Positions 62,444 to 64,000 of a stretch of DNA of 64,000 bases are shown here, in pieces. The translations under genes and the position numbers were made by a program. This DNA comes from Epithemia pelagica (lineage: Eukaryota > Protista > Bacillariophyta), in the NCBI GenBank assembly GCA_946965045.2, contig OX337228.1:930001-994000 (forward strand), given 5' to 3'. Positions within the stretch are counted from its first letter, which is position 1. Each line of letters opens with the position of its first letter. The notes beneath the pieces are model-generated. The model was given only the letters and a program-made list of their open reading frames with translations, did no database searches and had not been told where the DNA came from.

Positions 62444-62774
62444 TCACCCCCCAAAGTCTCCAGGAGTGAGAGATTCCAACATATCTCATAAAGAGTGGAT
62501 GAATCCACTTCTCTTTTGAAACCCTTCACAACGAGGTATAGGAGACAGCTGTTCATTCATACTTTAGTCTCAGTATGTGATGGTATTAGGTAGTCGTTCA
62601 GATACATACAGCCCGGATTTTTTTCAATGAAGTCTGTCAAAATCAAACGTGGATGGACTCAAAACTCCATTGTCCCTCCTACTCCCTATTCATAGCTCAG
62701 TCGTACAAGTCCTATTTCTTGAGTCACTAGAGGCTGTCCCTGCAGATGCAGATCCCAATGGTCAACCATTCGCC

Positions 62775-64000
62775 ATTAAATCCCCTCCATTTTGGTGAGG
62801 CGGCCAGACAAATCCCCAACCCTATCCTTTTTTCAATGTCGCCCGCCACTTCTCCAGGTAGCTCTAAGTATCTCTAATTGCCAACACCGTTACATCAAGG
62901 TCGGCTTGCGTCCAGCTTCCTCGGATTTGGTTTCTTGTTTAGGACGAATCCTCACAAAATTGGGCAACCCTCTCGTTCACGTCTCTCACAAAACCCAAAA
63001 CCGAGGCACATGACATGAGGTATGAACCATGGACGAATCATGCTGGGCTGAATCGCTTCTAACTTCTCACTACTGCTGCTTAGTTCTAATCTTCTTGTCT
63101 CCTTTTCTTTCTTCTTACTCATCACTGCTGCAATCTTTCCTTTCGTTCATGCATAATCCTTTGGTTTTGTCTCATGTTGTACGCGTAGACTAGTAGGTAT
63201 AAGCTGCTTGTGGTCAAGTGGAATATCTATCCCTTTCCCCTTGTTGCAATTCTTTTGTTGTTTGATTGTTGGCTGGTTGGTTACTTTTATGTCTTCTGTA
63301 GGATAGATCATTCTCAATCATTTCTCAACGACCAAACATGTTGTTGTTTTTGCTTCCACACCTTACCTTCCAATTATCAGCACCTAGATCTAGAGTCATA
63401 CAGCGAATGATTCAATTCGTAGCTGTAGATGCGTGTAAGAGCTGCTCTGTCGTGTGTTCATGGTGGAACTGAGGGTCATCGACGTGCTCAAAACAGAAAA
63501 CAGATGTACAACACGCATACAGGAGGCACTTAACTCTATAGATGGCTAGCACATGAGTTCTATTTCTAGTGAATAAAGAAAAGAAGGTTTATAGTCTGTG
63601 GATGAATGCAATGAAAGTTATGGACTCATTTCGACAGAAATGAACAATGGCAAGTAATTAGCTGCTGAGCCAGAGACACAGCAGATGAGCAGACGCTCGT
63701 CCAGTGAGCAGAGCAAGCAAAAGAGACAAGTGTGAGTGAGCATGAGCAATGTAATTGTCATGGCAATCCGCAATGGATCAAGCTCACCTGGAATGCCATT
63801 AATCCGATGTGCTTTGGCAAGAGAAAAGGATTGTGTGCTTGTTACTTGTCCGACATTATGAAACAACCAACCGTCATCCACGCAGGGCCGCTGGAGAGCT
63901 GGCAAAGCCACTCATTTGAGAGCAAGCTCTTCCAAGCACGTGTCCAGGACACGCGACCGAATTTGGTCTGGCCGCCTCACCAAAATGGAGGGGATTTAAT
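62775..64000. repeat. Inverted repeat arms 62775-62813 and 63961-64000 (open at the window edge)
   Basis: attaaatcccctccattttggtgaggcggccagac (35 bp) is the exact reverse complement of the last 35 bases of the window. Confidence 0.8.

Noticed and set aside
62641-62665. ATGGACTCAAAA match to the inner right end of the 634-bp MITE
   Set aside because: Only about 12 bp and not accompanied by the TIR; compatible with chance.
1-64000. rRNA, tRNA, CRISPR arrays or prokaryotic operons
   Set aside because: None recognisable. The only tRNA-related sequence is the copia primer-binding site.

Overview
Eukaryotic DNA, most likely a pennate diatom. Support: GT-AG introns, a signal peptide followed by an 'A|F' plastid-targeting motif, a CoDi-like copia element, and silaffin-like KxxK and RXL motifs. 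From about 813 to 62443 the window is a head-to-tail array of a roughly 16-19 kb unit: three copies plus a diverged partial fourth. Each unit carries one very large secreted Pro/Thr/Ser (xPTx-repeat) mucin-like gene with Lys-Ser blocks on the minus strand. The encoded lengths are 2121 aa and 2657 aa, and the third copy is frameshifted. The units differ by transposon insertions whose empty target sites survive in sister units, so ends and TSDs can be read exactly. These are two piggyBac copies, an intact young Ty1/copia element with identical 169-bp LTRs, a 634-bp foldback MITE, and an 8349-bp PIF/Harbinger-type element. Two small hAT derivatives (each present in two units) are defined by TIRs and 8-bp TSDs only; no clean empty site was found for them. 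The Harbinger-type element (5781-14129) is the most unusual feature. Between its TIRs it carries its own two genes plus three cargo genes: a Crinkler/RHS-type NTPase-nuclease, a type II membrane glycosyltransferase-like gene and a plastid-targeted host gene. Its core is strongly CpG-depleted and the first cargo gene is not. All analysis is by eye; no database searches were run, and family assignments rest on motif recognition.
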